Positions 38,166-48,047 of a stretch of DNA of 64,000 bases are shown one piece after another. A model generated the notes under the pieces. It made no database searches, had not been told where the DNA came from, and worked only from the letters and a program-made list of their open reading frames with translations. Source of the stretch: an uncultured Kofleriaceae bacterium (lineage in GTDB: Bacteria; Myxococcota_A; Polyangia; HGW-17); assembly GCA_964618145.1 (NCBI GenBank), contig CAZTZR010000002.1, positions 384 through 64,383 on the forward strand. Reading direction: 5' to 3'. Position numbers and translations under genes: made by a program. Each line of letters starts with the position of its first letter. The stretch's first letter is position 1.

Positions 38166-39437
38166 ATGCGTGCATCAAGTGTCAATCACATGCCGGTCCC
38201 CTGCGAAGAAAACATCCAGTTCATAGCCGCCCTTGACATCGGCTCGAACAAGATCTCGTTGAGCATCGCCCAAACCTCCGGTGGACGGTTTGATGCAATT
38301 CTGGGGGTGGTGCAAAACAAATGTCACGGTGTCACGAACGGCCGAATCACCAATCTCGAAGCCGTCACACACACCATCCGGCAGTGCCTCAGCGATGCTG
38401 AAAACATTCTGGGATTCTCCGTGCCGGAAGTGTTCGTCGGCATTTCCGATCCGGATGTTGCGGTCCACCGCAATACGGCCATGGTGCCCGTGGCTGGTGA
38501 TTCCGTCACATCAGAGGATATCCGGGATGTCCTGGACGCAGCGGAAAATTCCATGCCGTTGCGTGAAAACGAGGCCATCCTGCATGTTATTCCCGAACAG
38601 TTCCTGGTCAACGGGCATCCGGCGTCCGATCCCGTGGGACGTTCCGGCGTCCGGGTGGATGTCCACGCCACCGTGCTGACAGTTCCGAAAACCAGCATCC
38701 AGAATGTCCAGCGGGTCTGCAAGAATGCAAACCTGGCCGTCAGGGACATCATTTTCTCCCCCCTCGGAACCCTGGAAGCCGTCACCCGGCCCAGGCAAAG
38801 GCAACTGGGTGTTCTGATGCTGGACATTGGCGCAGGCACCACGGATGTCCTCATGGTGGAGGGAGACAGGGTTCGTTACTGCGATGTGGTGCCCCTCGGC
38901 GGCAATTCATTCACGGAAGCCATCGCCAACGGACTGCGGTGCCTTCGCGAAGAAGCGGAAAACATCAAGATCAAATGCGGAGCCGCCTCACCGGCTTACG
39001 TTGATTCCGTGGAAAAACCGGTCGATCCTCGCCTGCTTTGCGGCAGTTCTCCCGTTTCCTACGGTCAGATTGCCCATCTCATCGAGGGCCGCATCTCCGA
39101 GATCCTCCATATCGCCCTGAACCGGTTGCACTATGCCGGGATAGAGCTTACGGCACCGCATTCCATTGTCATCACCGGTGGTACCGCCCAGATTCCAGGG
39201 CTTCTGCATTTCATCCAGGAGTTGATCGAACTGCCCGTGGAACTCGGATATGCCAATCTTCCCAGCGGCATGTTCGACATGGCGAGGCAACCGATTTTCT
39301 CCTCCTCGGTGGGTCTGGTGATGTATGCTGCCGCGAATGGAGAAGGCAAGGCCACCCTGACCAATGAAAGTCCTGCAAAGGTAAAACCCGGTTTCATGAA
39401 CCGTTTCATTTCTTTTCTTGGCGATTTTTTTGACTGA
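38166..39437 (+). CDS. ftsA: Cell division protein FtsA (actin-like ATPase)
   Basis: LDIGSNKISLSIAQ phosphate-1 motif, GGGTTD-like motifs (IGAGTTDVL, ITGGTAQIPGL). Start could be 38166 or 38190. Confidence 0.88.
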   Translation: MRASSVNHMPVPCEENIQFIAALDIGSNKISLSIAQTSGGRFDAILGVVQNKCHGVTNGRITNLEAVTHTIRQCLSDAENILGFSVPEVFVGISDPDVAVHRNTAMVPVAGDSVTSEDIRDVLDAAENSMPLRENEAILHVIPEQFLVNGHPASDPVGRSGVRVDVHATVLTVPKTSIQNVQRVCKNANLAVRDIIFSPLGTLEAVTRPRQRQLGVLMLDIGAGTTDVLMVEGDRVRYCDVVPLGGNSFTEAIANGLRCLREEAENIKIKCGAASPAYVDSVEKPVDPRLLCGSSPVSYGQIAHLIEGRISEILHIALNRLHYAGIELTAPHSIVITGGTAQIPGLLHFIQELIELPVELGYANLPSGMFDMARQPIFSSSVGLVMYAAANGEGKATLTNESPAKVKPGFMNRFISFLGDFFD

Positions 39438-39538
39438 CGGGAAAAGGTCACTTAGGATGCCCATTAGTCAGTCGGAGACTTATGAATTCACTGCTGATTT
39501 AACCACAATTTGTGGATTTGCCCGTAACGGAGGAATCG

Positions 39539-40795
39539 ATGCCATACACCCTTGATGAAAACACAACCGGAGAAGCCCGCATCAAGATCATCGGAGTCGG
39601 CGGAGCCGGAGGCAACGCCGTCAACAACATGGTCACCAACCATCTCGAAGGTGTACAGTTTTATGTCGCCAACACGGATCGCCAGGCATTGGAAAAGAGT
39701 TCTGCCACGAACCGGATCCAGTTGGGGGACAAGATCACTTCGGGCCTCGGCGCAGGGGCCAATCCGGAAGTGGGACGCAAGGCTGCCGAGGAAAGTGCAG
39801 AAGCCATCCGCAGCGCCGTCAATGGAGCCGACATGATTTTTGTCGCCGCCGGAGAAGGGGGCGGAACGGGTTCCGGAGCCGCACCCGTGATCGCACGCAT
39901 CGCCCGGGAAACCGGTGCGTTGACCGTAGGTGTGGTGACCAAGCCGTTCCGGTTTGAGGGAAAACGCCGCATGCGCCAGGCGGAAGAGGGGATTTCCGCC
40001 CTGCAGGATGAGGTGGATGCACTCATCGTCATTCCCAATGAAAAACTGCTTACCCTTTCCACCAACATCAGCATGATGGAAGCCTTCATGCGTGCGGACG
40101 AGGTCCTCCTGAACGCCGCCCGCGGCATCACCGACCTGATCCTGGAAAGCGGATACATCAACGTGGACTTCATGGACGTGCGTTCCGTGATGTCCAACAA
40201 GGGCCGTGCCCTGATGGGCATCGGGGTCCACAAAGGCGACCGGGCTGCCATTGAAGCAGTCAGGAATGCCATTTCCTCCCCCCTTCTGGAAGATGTATCC
40301 ATCGAAGGAGCCACCGGAGTTCTGGTCAACATCACCTGTTCCCAGAATATCTCACTGCAGGAAATTTCCGAGGCAGCCATGCTCATCGAGGACATGGCCC
40401 ACGAGGATGCCAACGTCATCTGGGGTTCGGTGGTGGACAACAATCTCCAAAACGAGGTGCGTGTAACGATCATCGCCACCGGGTTTGACACGGTCAGGCA
40501 GGCGGTTAAACCCAACCCGGCCCACGAGATCGTCAATACCGGAACCTCCATCCGCAAACAGCAATTGACGTTGCCCTGCACCGCCCATGCCAACGGATGC
40601 ACTCCCCGTGATGCAGAACCGGTCCGCGCCTCCCACATCACGGCGGAAATGCCCCGGGCATCATCCTCCCAGGAAATTCCCCACATGGATGCCGGACGAT
40701 CGGCAGCCATGGATAACGGAAAATATTCCAAACCGGATTATATCCGGAGACTTGAAATGGCCCATCCTGTTCCCCCCATGCCGCCTGCTCCCTGA
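39539..40795 (+). CDS. ftsZ: Cell division GTPase FtsZ with extended C-terminal linker
   Basis: GVGGAGGNAVNNM tubulin signature, NTDRQAL, GLGAGANP. RBS GGAGGA 6 nt upstream of the ATG at 39539. Confidence 0.93.
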   Translation: MPYTLDENTTGEARIKIIGVGGAGGNAVNNMVTNHLEGVQFYVANTDRQALEKSSATNRIQLGDKITSGLGAGANPEVGRKAAEESAEAIRSAVNGADMIFVAAGEGGGTGSGAAPVIARIARETGALTVGVVTKPFRFEGKRRMRQAEEGISALQDEVDALIVIPNEKLLTLSTNISMMEAFMRADEVLLNAARGITDLILESGYINVDFMDVRSVMSNKGRALMGIGVHKGDRAAIEAVRNAISSPLLEDVSIEGATGVLVNITCSQNISLQEISEAAMLIEDMAHEDANVIWGSVVDNNLQNEVRVTIIATGFDTVRQAVKPNPAHEIVNTGTSIRKQQLTLPCTAHANGCTPRDAEPVRASHITAEMPRASSSQEIPHMDAGRSAAMDNGKYSKPDYIRRLEMAHPVPPMPPAP

Positions 40796-40938
40796 ACCCG
40801 GACGTGGGTCCAGGTTTGTGAACCACTGCCCTCCACGCGGTTTCAGCTTGACCTCCACATAAAATCGTATATAAATACCGTGTTTTTCCGTCGACAGTCT
40901 CCTGTCGGCTTATCCTGATTGGAAAATGGAGTATTCCC

Positions 40939-41238
40939 ATGGCCAAAACCCAGACCCGTCGTTCCATCTCCGTCCGCGGGGAGTTGTATGACCGCATTCA
41001 CCAGTATTGTGAAGCAAACAGCATCAGCATGAGTTCCTTCGTCGAAAACCGCATTTCCTCCTTTTTGAACGGTTCCATGATGGATGAGCAACCACCCCTG
41101 CCCTATGGCGACGATGAACCGGAAATCGTAATTCCGGGCAGCAACGATTCACCGCCGCCCGTGCGGTCCGTTTCTGCCAGATCGTCGCTTTCCAGTGCTG
41201 AACTGGCTTCCGAAATCCAACAGCATTTTACTTTCTGA
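40939..41238 (+). CDS. Ribbon-helix-helix (CopG/Arc-like) DNA-binding protein with acidic/Pro-rich tail
   Basis: N-terminal RRSISVRGELYDRIHQYCEANSISMSSFVE matches the RHH beta-strand plus helix pattern. Confidence 0.5.
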   Translation: MAKTQTRRSISVRGELYDRIHQYCEANSISMSSFVENRISSFLNGSMMDEQPPLPYGDDEPEIVIPGSNDSPPPVRSVSARSSLSSAELASEIQQHFTF

Positions 41239-41314
41239 GTTCATGTTTTTTGTCCATCCCTTGATGCGGCTTGTACATGGCCGCCTTTTTTTCCCCCGAG
41301 TTTCTGGAGGTTTC

Positions 41315-42424
41315 ATGCACGCCGGCTTTTCCGACAGAGTTTACCTGGCGTTGCTCGTTGCGGGTGGCATCCTGATCCTGGCCGGAGGGTGCCGGAAAAA
41401 GGATCCTGACTTCATGAAACCCGGTTCCTGGGAAAGCCGAAGTCTGCAATGTGCATCGGAAACCTTGGTGGACCTGGAAAAACGCCTTCTGGATCGGGCC
41501 CAGGAAGCCGACCGCCTGATGAAGGAACTGCAGAAGCATCTGGAGGACAACCAGTGTCCGGGAGGCAAACACCCGCAATGTGTTCCCGGCGCAGGCATCC
41601 AGGCCATCGCCACACTGATCAGCGGTGCCCGGATCCCTGGAGACGAAACCCCCTACGAGGAACCTGAAAGCCTTCCGGATGAAGGGGACGATCTGGGTGA
41701 AATCGGTTCTTTGGACGTCGAAGCCGCCAGCAAGGCCAAATCCGTCCGGAGAAAAAGTCGCCTCTTCAAGGAGGAGATGGGGGATGATGTCAAGGAAACC
41801 AGAAAAGAAACCCTGCCTGGAACCGGCCCGGCCTCTGAAACCGAGCCAGGACCCAAAGAGATTGCAGGCAAGGCCGGTTGTGGGGTTGAGGTCACTGACA
41901 AATGCTCTTTTTTGGTACAAGATACCGTCATTTCCCGGTTGACCATTTTTCTGGAACAGGCTGCACAACTCGAACTGGAAGCCCACCGCTATCTTGAATC
42001 CACAGGCCAGCGTCTCAACGAACAACCCGTGCAGAACCTTTTCGCCGGCATGCGCACACTGGAAGGACAGATTCACGAACTCGTGACCCGCGAAGAACTT
42101 GCCATGCGCCGCAAAGGAGCCGACGAAGCCTTTTTTCAGACCATGCATCCCCTGGTCATCAAGGGAATAGTCAGCGACCTCTCGGTGGCTGTACCGGCCA
42201 AACTCATCGAAGATCTGAAAAAACTGGTTCCCATGGTCAACCGGGGCCACGGGTTTTTCCAGCGTCATGAAACGGAATGGAGACAGAAAGTGGCTGCAGC
42301 CATCCGGCACCTGCACAAGTCACAGCGGGTCCATGCAAATGTTTGTCTGCAAAGACCCAACTGCTGGCAGTTCAGGCAATGCGTCAAACGTTACCAACTG
42401 CCTGGCATTCTCATGCTCGACTAG
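41315..42424 (+). CDS. Lipoprotein of unknown function (coiled-coil, acidic linker, four conserved Cys at C-terminus)
   Basis: RBS TGGAGG upstream. Signal peptide plus lipobox (ILILAGGC). Confidence 0.5.
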   Translation: MHAGFSDRVYLALLVAGGILILAGGCRKKDPDFMKPGSWESRSLQCASETLVDLEKRLLDRAQEADRLMKELQKHLEDNQCPGGKHPQCVPGAGIQAIATLISGARIPGDETPYEEPESLPDEGDDLGEIGSLDVEAASKAKSVRRKSRLFKEEMGDDVKETRKETLPGTGPASETEPGPKEIAGKAGCGVEVTDKCSFLVQDTVISRLTIFLEQAAQLELEAHRYLESTGQRLNEQPVQNLFAGMRTLEGQIHELVTREELAMRRKGADEAFFQTMHPLVIKGIVSDLSVAVPAKLIEDLKKLVPMVNRGHGFFQRHETEWRQKVAAAIRHLHKSQRVHANVCLQRPNCWQFRQCVKRYQLPGILMLD

Positions 42425-42461
42425 GCTTGCTGCTGAATCCTTCCGGGAGAGGACCACCACA

Positions 42462-43175
42462 TTGTATTGCGTGACCACCCAGAAAAGCCGGCATCTGGTC
42501 GGTGCTTTGACCCGTGGAATGGAGCTGCCGGCCGCCTTTGACCGGATTTTCTCCGACAACCTTGCCAGATCCGGCAATATCCGCCTCGGAGGTGTTCTGG
42601 AACATGCGGTCCTTTTGACTGAAAGCGGGACACCCTTGACCATCTTGCAACAATCCCGCATTCTCTCCTGTGAAGGAACCATTTCCGACACGGATGGAAG
42701 GATCGAGGCTTTTCTGACGGTCTGCCTGCAATTCTCCGGCCCGCTGGGACCCCAGATCGTCGGAGGAACCCTGAAGGAAGCCCGCATTCTGGCGTGCGAA
42801 TTTGATCTGGTCGTGTTTGACGACATCCTGATTGTCAAGAAGACAGACCCGCGACTGCCGATCCCCGTCTGGACCGATTGTTTTGCCGAGTCGGAAGAAA
42901 ACGTGACCGGTTCCGGACCCCTTCCTGGTCCGGATCGTGAGTCAGAGGAACCCTCATCGGATTCTTCCCTTCTTCCCGGTCCCGGAGATATTGTGGAACA
43001 TTTCCGGTTCGGGACCTGCCGGGTCCAGAAGGTGGATAACGGGGAATCCCTTGAGGTTTGGCTTCCCAGCAAAAACAAGGCCCGTCTGAGCATGCAGGTT
43101 CTGCAGTTCACCCTGGAACGCACCGAGGAGGACGGCACCAACGTGTTTCGGGCAAAACCACACAAGACCAGGTAA
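42462..43175 (+). CDS. Hypothetical protein with PPC/DUF296-like N-terminal region
   Basis: Candidate TTG start at 42462 after GGGAGAGGA; ATG at 42519 is also possible. Ends 4 bp before the sigma factor gene. Confidence 0.4.
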   Translation: MYCVTTQKSRHLVGALTRGMELPAAFDRIFSDNLARSGNIRLGGVLEHAVLLTESGTPLTILQQSRILSCEGTISDTDGRIEAFLTVCLQFSGPLGPQIVGGTLKEARILACEFDLVVFDDILIVKKTDPRLPIPVWTDCFAESEENVTGSGPLPGPDRESEEPSSDSSLLPGPGDIVEHFRFGTCRVQKVDNGESLEVWLPSKNKARLSMQVLQFTLERTEEDGTNVFRAKPHKTR

Positions 43176-43178
43176 CCG

Positions 43179-43859
43179 ATGCAGACATCGACCGCGTTTC
43201 AGGATGAACTGGTCAACCGAAACATGGATCTGGTCAAGAAAATTGCCCACGAGGTCCATAAACTGGTCAAGAAGCGGATCGATATCCAGGAGTTGATCAA
43301 CCTGGGAACCATTGGCCTGATCGAAAGTGCCCGGAGGTATGATCCTGAACGCGGAAACCAGTTCGGCACTTTTGCCTACTACCGGGTCAAGGGTGCCATG
43401 TTCGATGGGGTAAGGGATCTTTGGTTTGAAGTGTCCAGGGTGGAAGGGTTCACTGTCCAGGAATCCGCCAACCGGTACATGAAGGAAAAGATCAAGGAAC
43501 GGAAAAAATCAGAGGAAAAGAAAAACACTGCCCATGTGGTGGAACAGTTGCAGGACACCCTGTCCGGTCTGGCCGCCTGCTACCAGGTCAGTTCACCCCG
43601 GCGCATTCAATCCATTCCCGACGAACGGGCACAAAAGGGCTTTGATCTGATTGAAGTGGAATCCGACATGGAAATCGTGAAACAACTCATGCAGAAGTTG
43701 CCTGAGGATCTCCAGGATGCGTTGCACTGTATCTACATGGAGGACATGTCTCTGGATCAATATGCAAAATTGCGTGGACGTTCCAAGAGTTGGGCCTCCC
43801 GGATGCATGTCAAGTCCATTGATTCCCTGAAAAGTTTGTGGAGAAGTCAAAGAAGATGA
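43179..43859 (+). CDS. Sigma-70 family RNA polymerase sigma factor (group 3, FliA/WhiG-like)
   Basis: Region 2 (LINLGTIGLIESARRYDPERGNQFGTFAYYRVKGAM) and region 4 HTH (SLDQYAKLRGRSKSWASRMHVKSIDSLKS). Confidence 0.8.
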   Translation: MQTSTAFQDELVNRNMDLVKKIAHEVHKLVKKRIDIQELINLGTIGLIESARRYDPERGNQFGTFAYYRVKGAMFDGVRDLWFEVSRVEGFTVQESANRYMKEKIKERKKSEEKKNTAHVVEQLQDTLSGLAACYQVSSPRRIQSIPDERAQKGFDLIEVESDMEIVKQLMQKLPEDLQDALHCIYMEDMSLDQYAKLRGRSKSWASRMHVKSIDSLKSLWRSQRR

Positions 43860-44500
43860 TCAGTGAAGCCACCGTCAGCGAAGAAGTCTTCCTGGATTTC
43901 AGGATGTTCTTCACCGAAACCGTCGGGGAGGTGGCCTTTGCCCGTTTCGTCCACCTGCTTCCCACCACTCTCAAGGCGCTTTTTGCCAGGGATCCGGTTC
44001 CGGGAGCACAGGTGCCGGCGCGTCTGTTTACCGTTCTGTGGGCAGCCGTGGACCTGCAGGTACATCATCAGTTCATGGACTTTGCCACCCAATGGGGACA
44101 GCATTTCATCCTGGCAAGGGAAAAACGTTTCACTGCGGATCTTTCTCCCACACAACTGGAAAAACTGCCCGAATTGTGGATGCGAAACCGGTCTACCGCC
44201 ATTTTGGCCGTGGCCAACCGCCTGCAGACAGGCATGGACCTTCTGGGCGAATGGTTTTCGCCTCTGGCGTTGGCCGTGGACGAACGCATCTCCCCTTCCA
44301 ACCTGTCCTTCAACGCCCATGTCCGTCCTGTCTCCCTGCCGTTGTTCTGCGATGTTCTGGCAGGCTTTGCAAGCGGCCTTTTGATGATTCACCATATCCC
44401 TTTTCTGCGCATCCAGGAAACCTTTTGCATGACGGATGGACACCTGGCATGTTCCTTCCAGATCCTTTTCGAACCGGAAACCCCTCTTTCATTCCTGTAG
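43856..44500 (+). CDS. Hypothetical protein, possible V4R-type (4-vinyl reductase-like) small-molecule-binding domain
   Basis: ATGA overlap with the sigma gene stop. C-terminal CMTDGHLACSF motif resembles V4R conserved cysteines. Confidence 0.4.
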   Translation: MISEATVSEEVFLDFRMFFTETVGEVAFARFVHLLPTTLKALFARDPVPGAQVPARLFTVLWAAVDLQVHHQFMDFATQWGQHFILAREKRFTADLSPTQLEKLPELWMRNRSTAILAVANRLQTGMDLLGEWFSPLALAVDERISPSNLSFNAHVRPVSLPLFCDVLAGFASGLLMIHHIPFLRIQETFCMTDGHLACSFQILFEPETPLSFL

Positions 44501-44576
44501 TTGAAAATACTGCCTGCATGTGGTTAACTCCGGGTGCCATACAAGGCCGGCATGGCGCCGCAGCTAGGATCCCCGA

Positions 44577-45896
44577 ATGAAAGTCACCTACAAGTCACTG
44601 AAGGATTATGCCTTTTCCCATTTTCAACAGGGCAACCTGGAACAGACCATGCACGCTTTGGTATCTGCGCTGACCACGGACCCGCTGGATCTGGAGATGC
44701 GCTTTTTGGCTGCGGACGTCCTGATGAAACTGAACGCAATGGAAGAACTGGAGAAAGTGCTGGTCTTTTCCTCCGAAATTGCCATGCGTTCCGGACACCC
44801 CGTGGCTGCCATGGCCTTTCTGCACCGTATCGAGGCCCTTGGCAAGGATGCCGATCCACTCTGGAAGCGGCTGGCATACATGTATTCATCGGATTCCTCC
44901 CAACTGTCCGCCAGCGGTTCCAAGGTGGCCCCCCTTCCCGAGGATACACCAGTCAATGCACCGGAAGGCACACTGGACATTCCCGGGTTGGTCCGGCAAG
45001 TGACGCAATTATCCCAGACCATCACAAAGAATGAGGATTTTCCGCCGAAACTGCTTCCAATGCCTCTTCTTTCCGATGTTCCGGCACACCACTTCGTGGA
45101 AGTGGCCCGTGTGCTTCGTTTGCTGGCGCTTTCGCCCTCCCAGTGCCTGATCCGGGAAGGTGAACCCGGCAATTCCTTTTTCATGATCGGCACGGGGGAG
45201 TTCACCGTGTTCAAGACCGACGTGCATGGCCGGACAACCACCCTGGCCACCCTGCATGCCGGAGCCATTGTCGGTGAGATGGCGCTGGTTCAAAGGGCAC
45301 CCCGTTCCGCATCGGTGGCCGCCATGACTCATGCCCATGTACTTGAATTTCCCGCCGAGGCCATCGCCCGCCTGGCTGGCCATCTCGAACAGGTGGCCAT
45401 CGCACTGGACAAGTTCACCCGGGAGCGCCTCATCGGAAACCTGCTGGCCACCAGTCCCCTTTTCCGCCCCTTTTCCCGGACCCAGCGCAAGGAACTTTTG
45501 CAGCACTTCCAGGCGTATGTGGTGGAACCCGACACCGTGGTGGTGCGCCAGGGAGAAGAAGGCACCGGATTGTATCTGGTTCTTGGCGGAGAGGTGGACG
45601 TCATCCGGGATCAGGACACCCCTTCCCGGTTGCAACTGGCCACGCTGGGGGCTCCGGAAAGTTTCGGTGAAATCAGCCTGCTGACCGAATCCGCCACCAC
45701 TGCATCCGTCATCGCCACCCGCCGGACCACGCTTCTGTTCCTGGCACGGCATTACTTCCTGAGACTTGTTTCCAGTGTACCGGAAATGAAGGAGTATTTT
45801 TCCCAACTGGCTGAAAACCGGCTTTCCTCCACGGCGGCTGCACTCGAGGCACAGGAAGTCGTGGATGCAGACGAAGAAGAAATCATCCTCATCTGA
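44577..45896 (+). CDS. Protein with TPR-like N-terminus and two cyclic-nucleotide-binding (cNMP) domains
   Basis: Two CAP/cNMP-binding beta-roll signatures (GEPGNSFFMIGTGEF...GEMAL and GEEGTGLYLVLGGEV...FGEISLL). Confidence 0.7.
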   Translation: MKVTYKSLKDYAFSHFQQGNLEQTMHALVSALTTDPLDLEMRFLAADVLMKLNAMEELEKVLVFSSEIAMRSGHPVAAMAFLHRIEALGKDADPLWKRLAYMYSSDSSQLSASGSKVAPLPEDTPVNAPEGTLDIPGLVRQVTQLSQTITKNEDFPPKLLPMPLLSDVPAHHFVEVARVLRLLALSPSQCLIREGEPGNSFFMIGTGEFTVFKTDVHGRTTTLATLHAGAIVGEMALVQRAPRSASVAAMTHAHVLEFPAEAIARLAGHLEQVAIALDKFTRERLIGNLLATSPLFRPFSRTQRKELLQHFQAYVVEPDTVVVRQGEEGTGLYLVLGGEVDVIRDQDTPSRLQLATLGAPESFGEISLLTESATTASVIATRRTTLLFLARHYFLRLVSSVPEMKEYFSQLAENRLSSTAAALEAQEVVDADEEEIILI

Positions 45897-45909
45897 TGAT
45901 CGGGAACCA

Positions 45910-47019
45910 ATGGTAAAAATAAAGAAAAGCCAACTATTCAACATCATCGCGTTCCTGGTGGGCACCGCCGTCATCATCACGCTGATCCGCAACATCGGAT
46001 GGCAAAACACGAAGGAACACCTTTACCGCACGGGGTGGGGCTTTTTCTGGCTGTTCCCCATCTATTTCATCACCATGATCGGGGATACCCTCTCCTGGCG
46101 ACTGTTGATACGCAAACCTGTATCCCTGTTGCGCGTGATTCTGGTAGCCAATTCCGGTACGGCCATCAATGCGCTCACCCCCACCGGTGACGGAGGGGAA
46201 TTCGTCAAGGGAAATCTCATTGGTGCCGACATCGGGGCTTCCGAAGCCGTCTCCTCCCTTTTGCTGTGGAATTTTTTGTATGCTGTTACAAAAAAACTGG
46301 TCACTGTTGCAGGTCCCATCCTGTATCTGGTGTTCGGACCGTTTGATTCCGACCCGAAGGCCATCCGTCCGGTATTGGTTTTCTGGTTTCTGGGACTTGG
46401 ACTTTTCACCACCCTGTATCTTCCTTTTGCCTGGTTCCTTGTGACCCGCATCGGGGTCGAGCGCATCGCCCGCAGGCTTCACCGGCTCTGGCTGGTACGC
46501 AGACTGGATCTTTCCAGAATGGAAAAATTCGCCCGGCAACTGGATGAAACCTTCTCGGATTTTGGTGCACAACACAAAATGCGCCTTCTGGGAGCAGCCC
46601 TCCTGCTTTTGGTCGTCCACATCAGCGTCTGTCTCGAAATATGGTTTGTACTGGGTTTGCTCGGAGTGGAGGTTTCCTGGGCCACCAGCGTCTTTTTGTT
46701 CACAGGTGCCTCTCTGCTTCAGACAATCGTCTCGGTGTCCCCGGTGGAAATGGGAGTCACGGAAGCCGGTTCCATGGGGATCTACCAACTGATCGGCTTT
46801 GATCCCATGTTCGGCTTCATGCAGGAATTCATCCGCCGTCTAAGACGACTGGTGTTCAACATCATCGGTCTGGCTTACCTGGGATACGTGGCCTTTTTAC
46901 CATCGCGGGATCCTGGAAAACCCGCAAACCAGGATCCGAAGGACACGGATGACTCCGAAAAACCGGAAATACAGGATACAGACCCATGCCAGGAACAAAA
47001 CCCGAGCCCCAATCCCTGA
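45910..47019 (+). CDS. Flippase-like integral membrane protein (LPG-synthase TM / UPF0104 family)
   Basis: Eight hydrophobic helices; conserved GDxxSWRLL-like motif (MIGDTLSWRLLIRK). Confidence 0.55.
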   Translation: MVKIKKSQLFNIIAFLVGTAVIITLIRNIGWQNTKEHLYRTGWGFFWLFPIYFITMIGDTLSWRLLIRKPVSLLRVILVANSGTAINALTPTGDGGEFVKGNLIGADIGASEAVSSLLLWNFLYAVTKKLVTVAGPILYLVFGPFDSDPKAIRPVLVFWFLGLGLFTTLYLPFAWFLVTRIGVERIARRLHRLWLVRRLDLSRMEKFARQLDETFSDFGAQHKMRLLGAALLLLVVHISVCLEIWFVLGLLGVEVSWATSVFLFTGASLLQTIVSVSPVEMGVTEAGSMGIYQLIGFDPMFGFMQEFIRRLRRLVFNIIGLAYLGYVAFLPSRDPGKPANQDPKDTDDSEKPEIQDTDPCQEQNPSPNP

Positions 47020-48035
47020 TCCGGACCCGCACGTTGGTTCTTTTTTCCCTGGTATTACCCGGATTGTTGGTTCTTTTGAACGCTTGCATATCTTCCCGCC
47101 CTGAACCGAAACACAAAGAACCAATCCCGAATTCTCCCGGGAAAGTGAATGAAAAAAGCCGAAATGCCGATCCGGAACTGTTGAAACAGTATGTTCTCAT
47201 GTTGCTGGATACCCCGAGGCCCCGAAACTGGAAGCATACCGACATGCTGGACAAATCAGCCGGGCGCATCCACAAAGTGCTTTCCCGGCACCTGGACTGC
47301 CGGTATCAGGACTATTCCGCCAAGGGTAACACCTACCGCAATGTGGTCTGCACGGGCGGCAAGACCACTTCAGGGGATGTATGGGTGGTAGGTGCCCATT
47401 ATGATGTCTATGGTGATTTTCCGGGAGCCGATGACAACGCATCGGGAGTGGCCGGACTTCTGGAATTCGCCCGGATTGTCGAACCGCTTCTGCCAGAATT
47501 GCCGTTTCGGCTGGAATTGGTGGCCTATACCCTCGAAGAGCCACCCTTTTTCCGCACCCCCGACATGGGAAGCCGTGTTCACGCCCGTTCGCTTGCAAAT
47601 GCCGGGGATCGGGTGCTGGGCATGCTGTGTCTGGACATGATCGGCTATTTCACGGAGAAACCGGTCCAGAAAGTGCCCCATGAGGCCCTTCGCATGGTGG
47701 TTCCCCGGCATGGCAATTTCATAGCGGCCATAGCCAATCCCCCGTCCGCATCCCTGGCAGCGCGGTATGCCCGGGCCGTGGAGCAATCCGGACAACTGGA
47801 AGCCCTGCATCTTGTGGTCCCCGAATCCGTGCGCGGCGCAGATTTTTCCGACCATGGAAGTTACTGGCACGAAGGTTTTCCGGCGATTCTGATCACCGAC
47901 AGTGCTTTTTACCGCAACCCCCATTACCATACGGAAATGGACACTCCGGACACTCTGGATTATAAAAAAATGGCCCATACCGTGGATGGATTGAGAGCCT
48001 TTTTTGAAAGCATCCTGTCCTCCCGTTCCCCATGA
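46986..48035 (+). CDS. M28-family zinc aminopeptidase lipoprotein
   Basis: Lipobox LLNAC. M28 metal-binding motifs (GAHYDVYG, GADDNASGVAGLLE, EEPPF, HTEMDT). Confidence 0.7.
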   Translation: MPGTKPEPQSLIRTRTLVLFSLVLPGLLVLLNACISSRPEPKHKEPIPNSPGKVNEKSRNADPELLKQYVLMLLDTPRPRNWKHTDMLDKSAGRIHKVLSRHLDCRYQDYSAKGNTYRNVVCTGGKTTSGDVWVVGAHYDVYGDFPGADDNASGVAGLLEFARIVEPLLPELPFRLELVAYTLEEPPFFRTPDMGSRVHARSLANAGDRVLGMLCLDMIGYFTEKPVQKVPHEALRMVVPRHGNFIAAIANPPSASLAARYARAVEQSGQLEALHLVVPESVRGADFSDHGSYWHEGFPAILITDSAFYRNPHYHTEMDTPDTLDYKKMAHTVDGLRAFFESILSSRSP

Positions 48036-48047
48036 CCAAATGGACAT

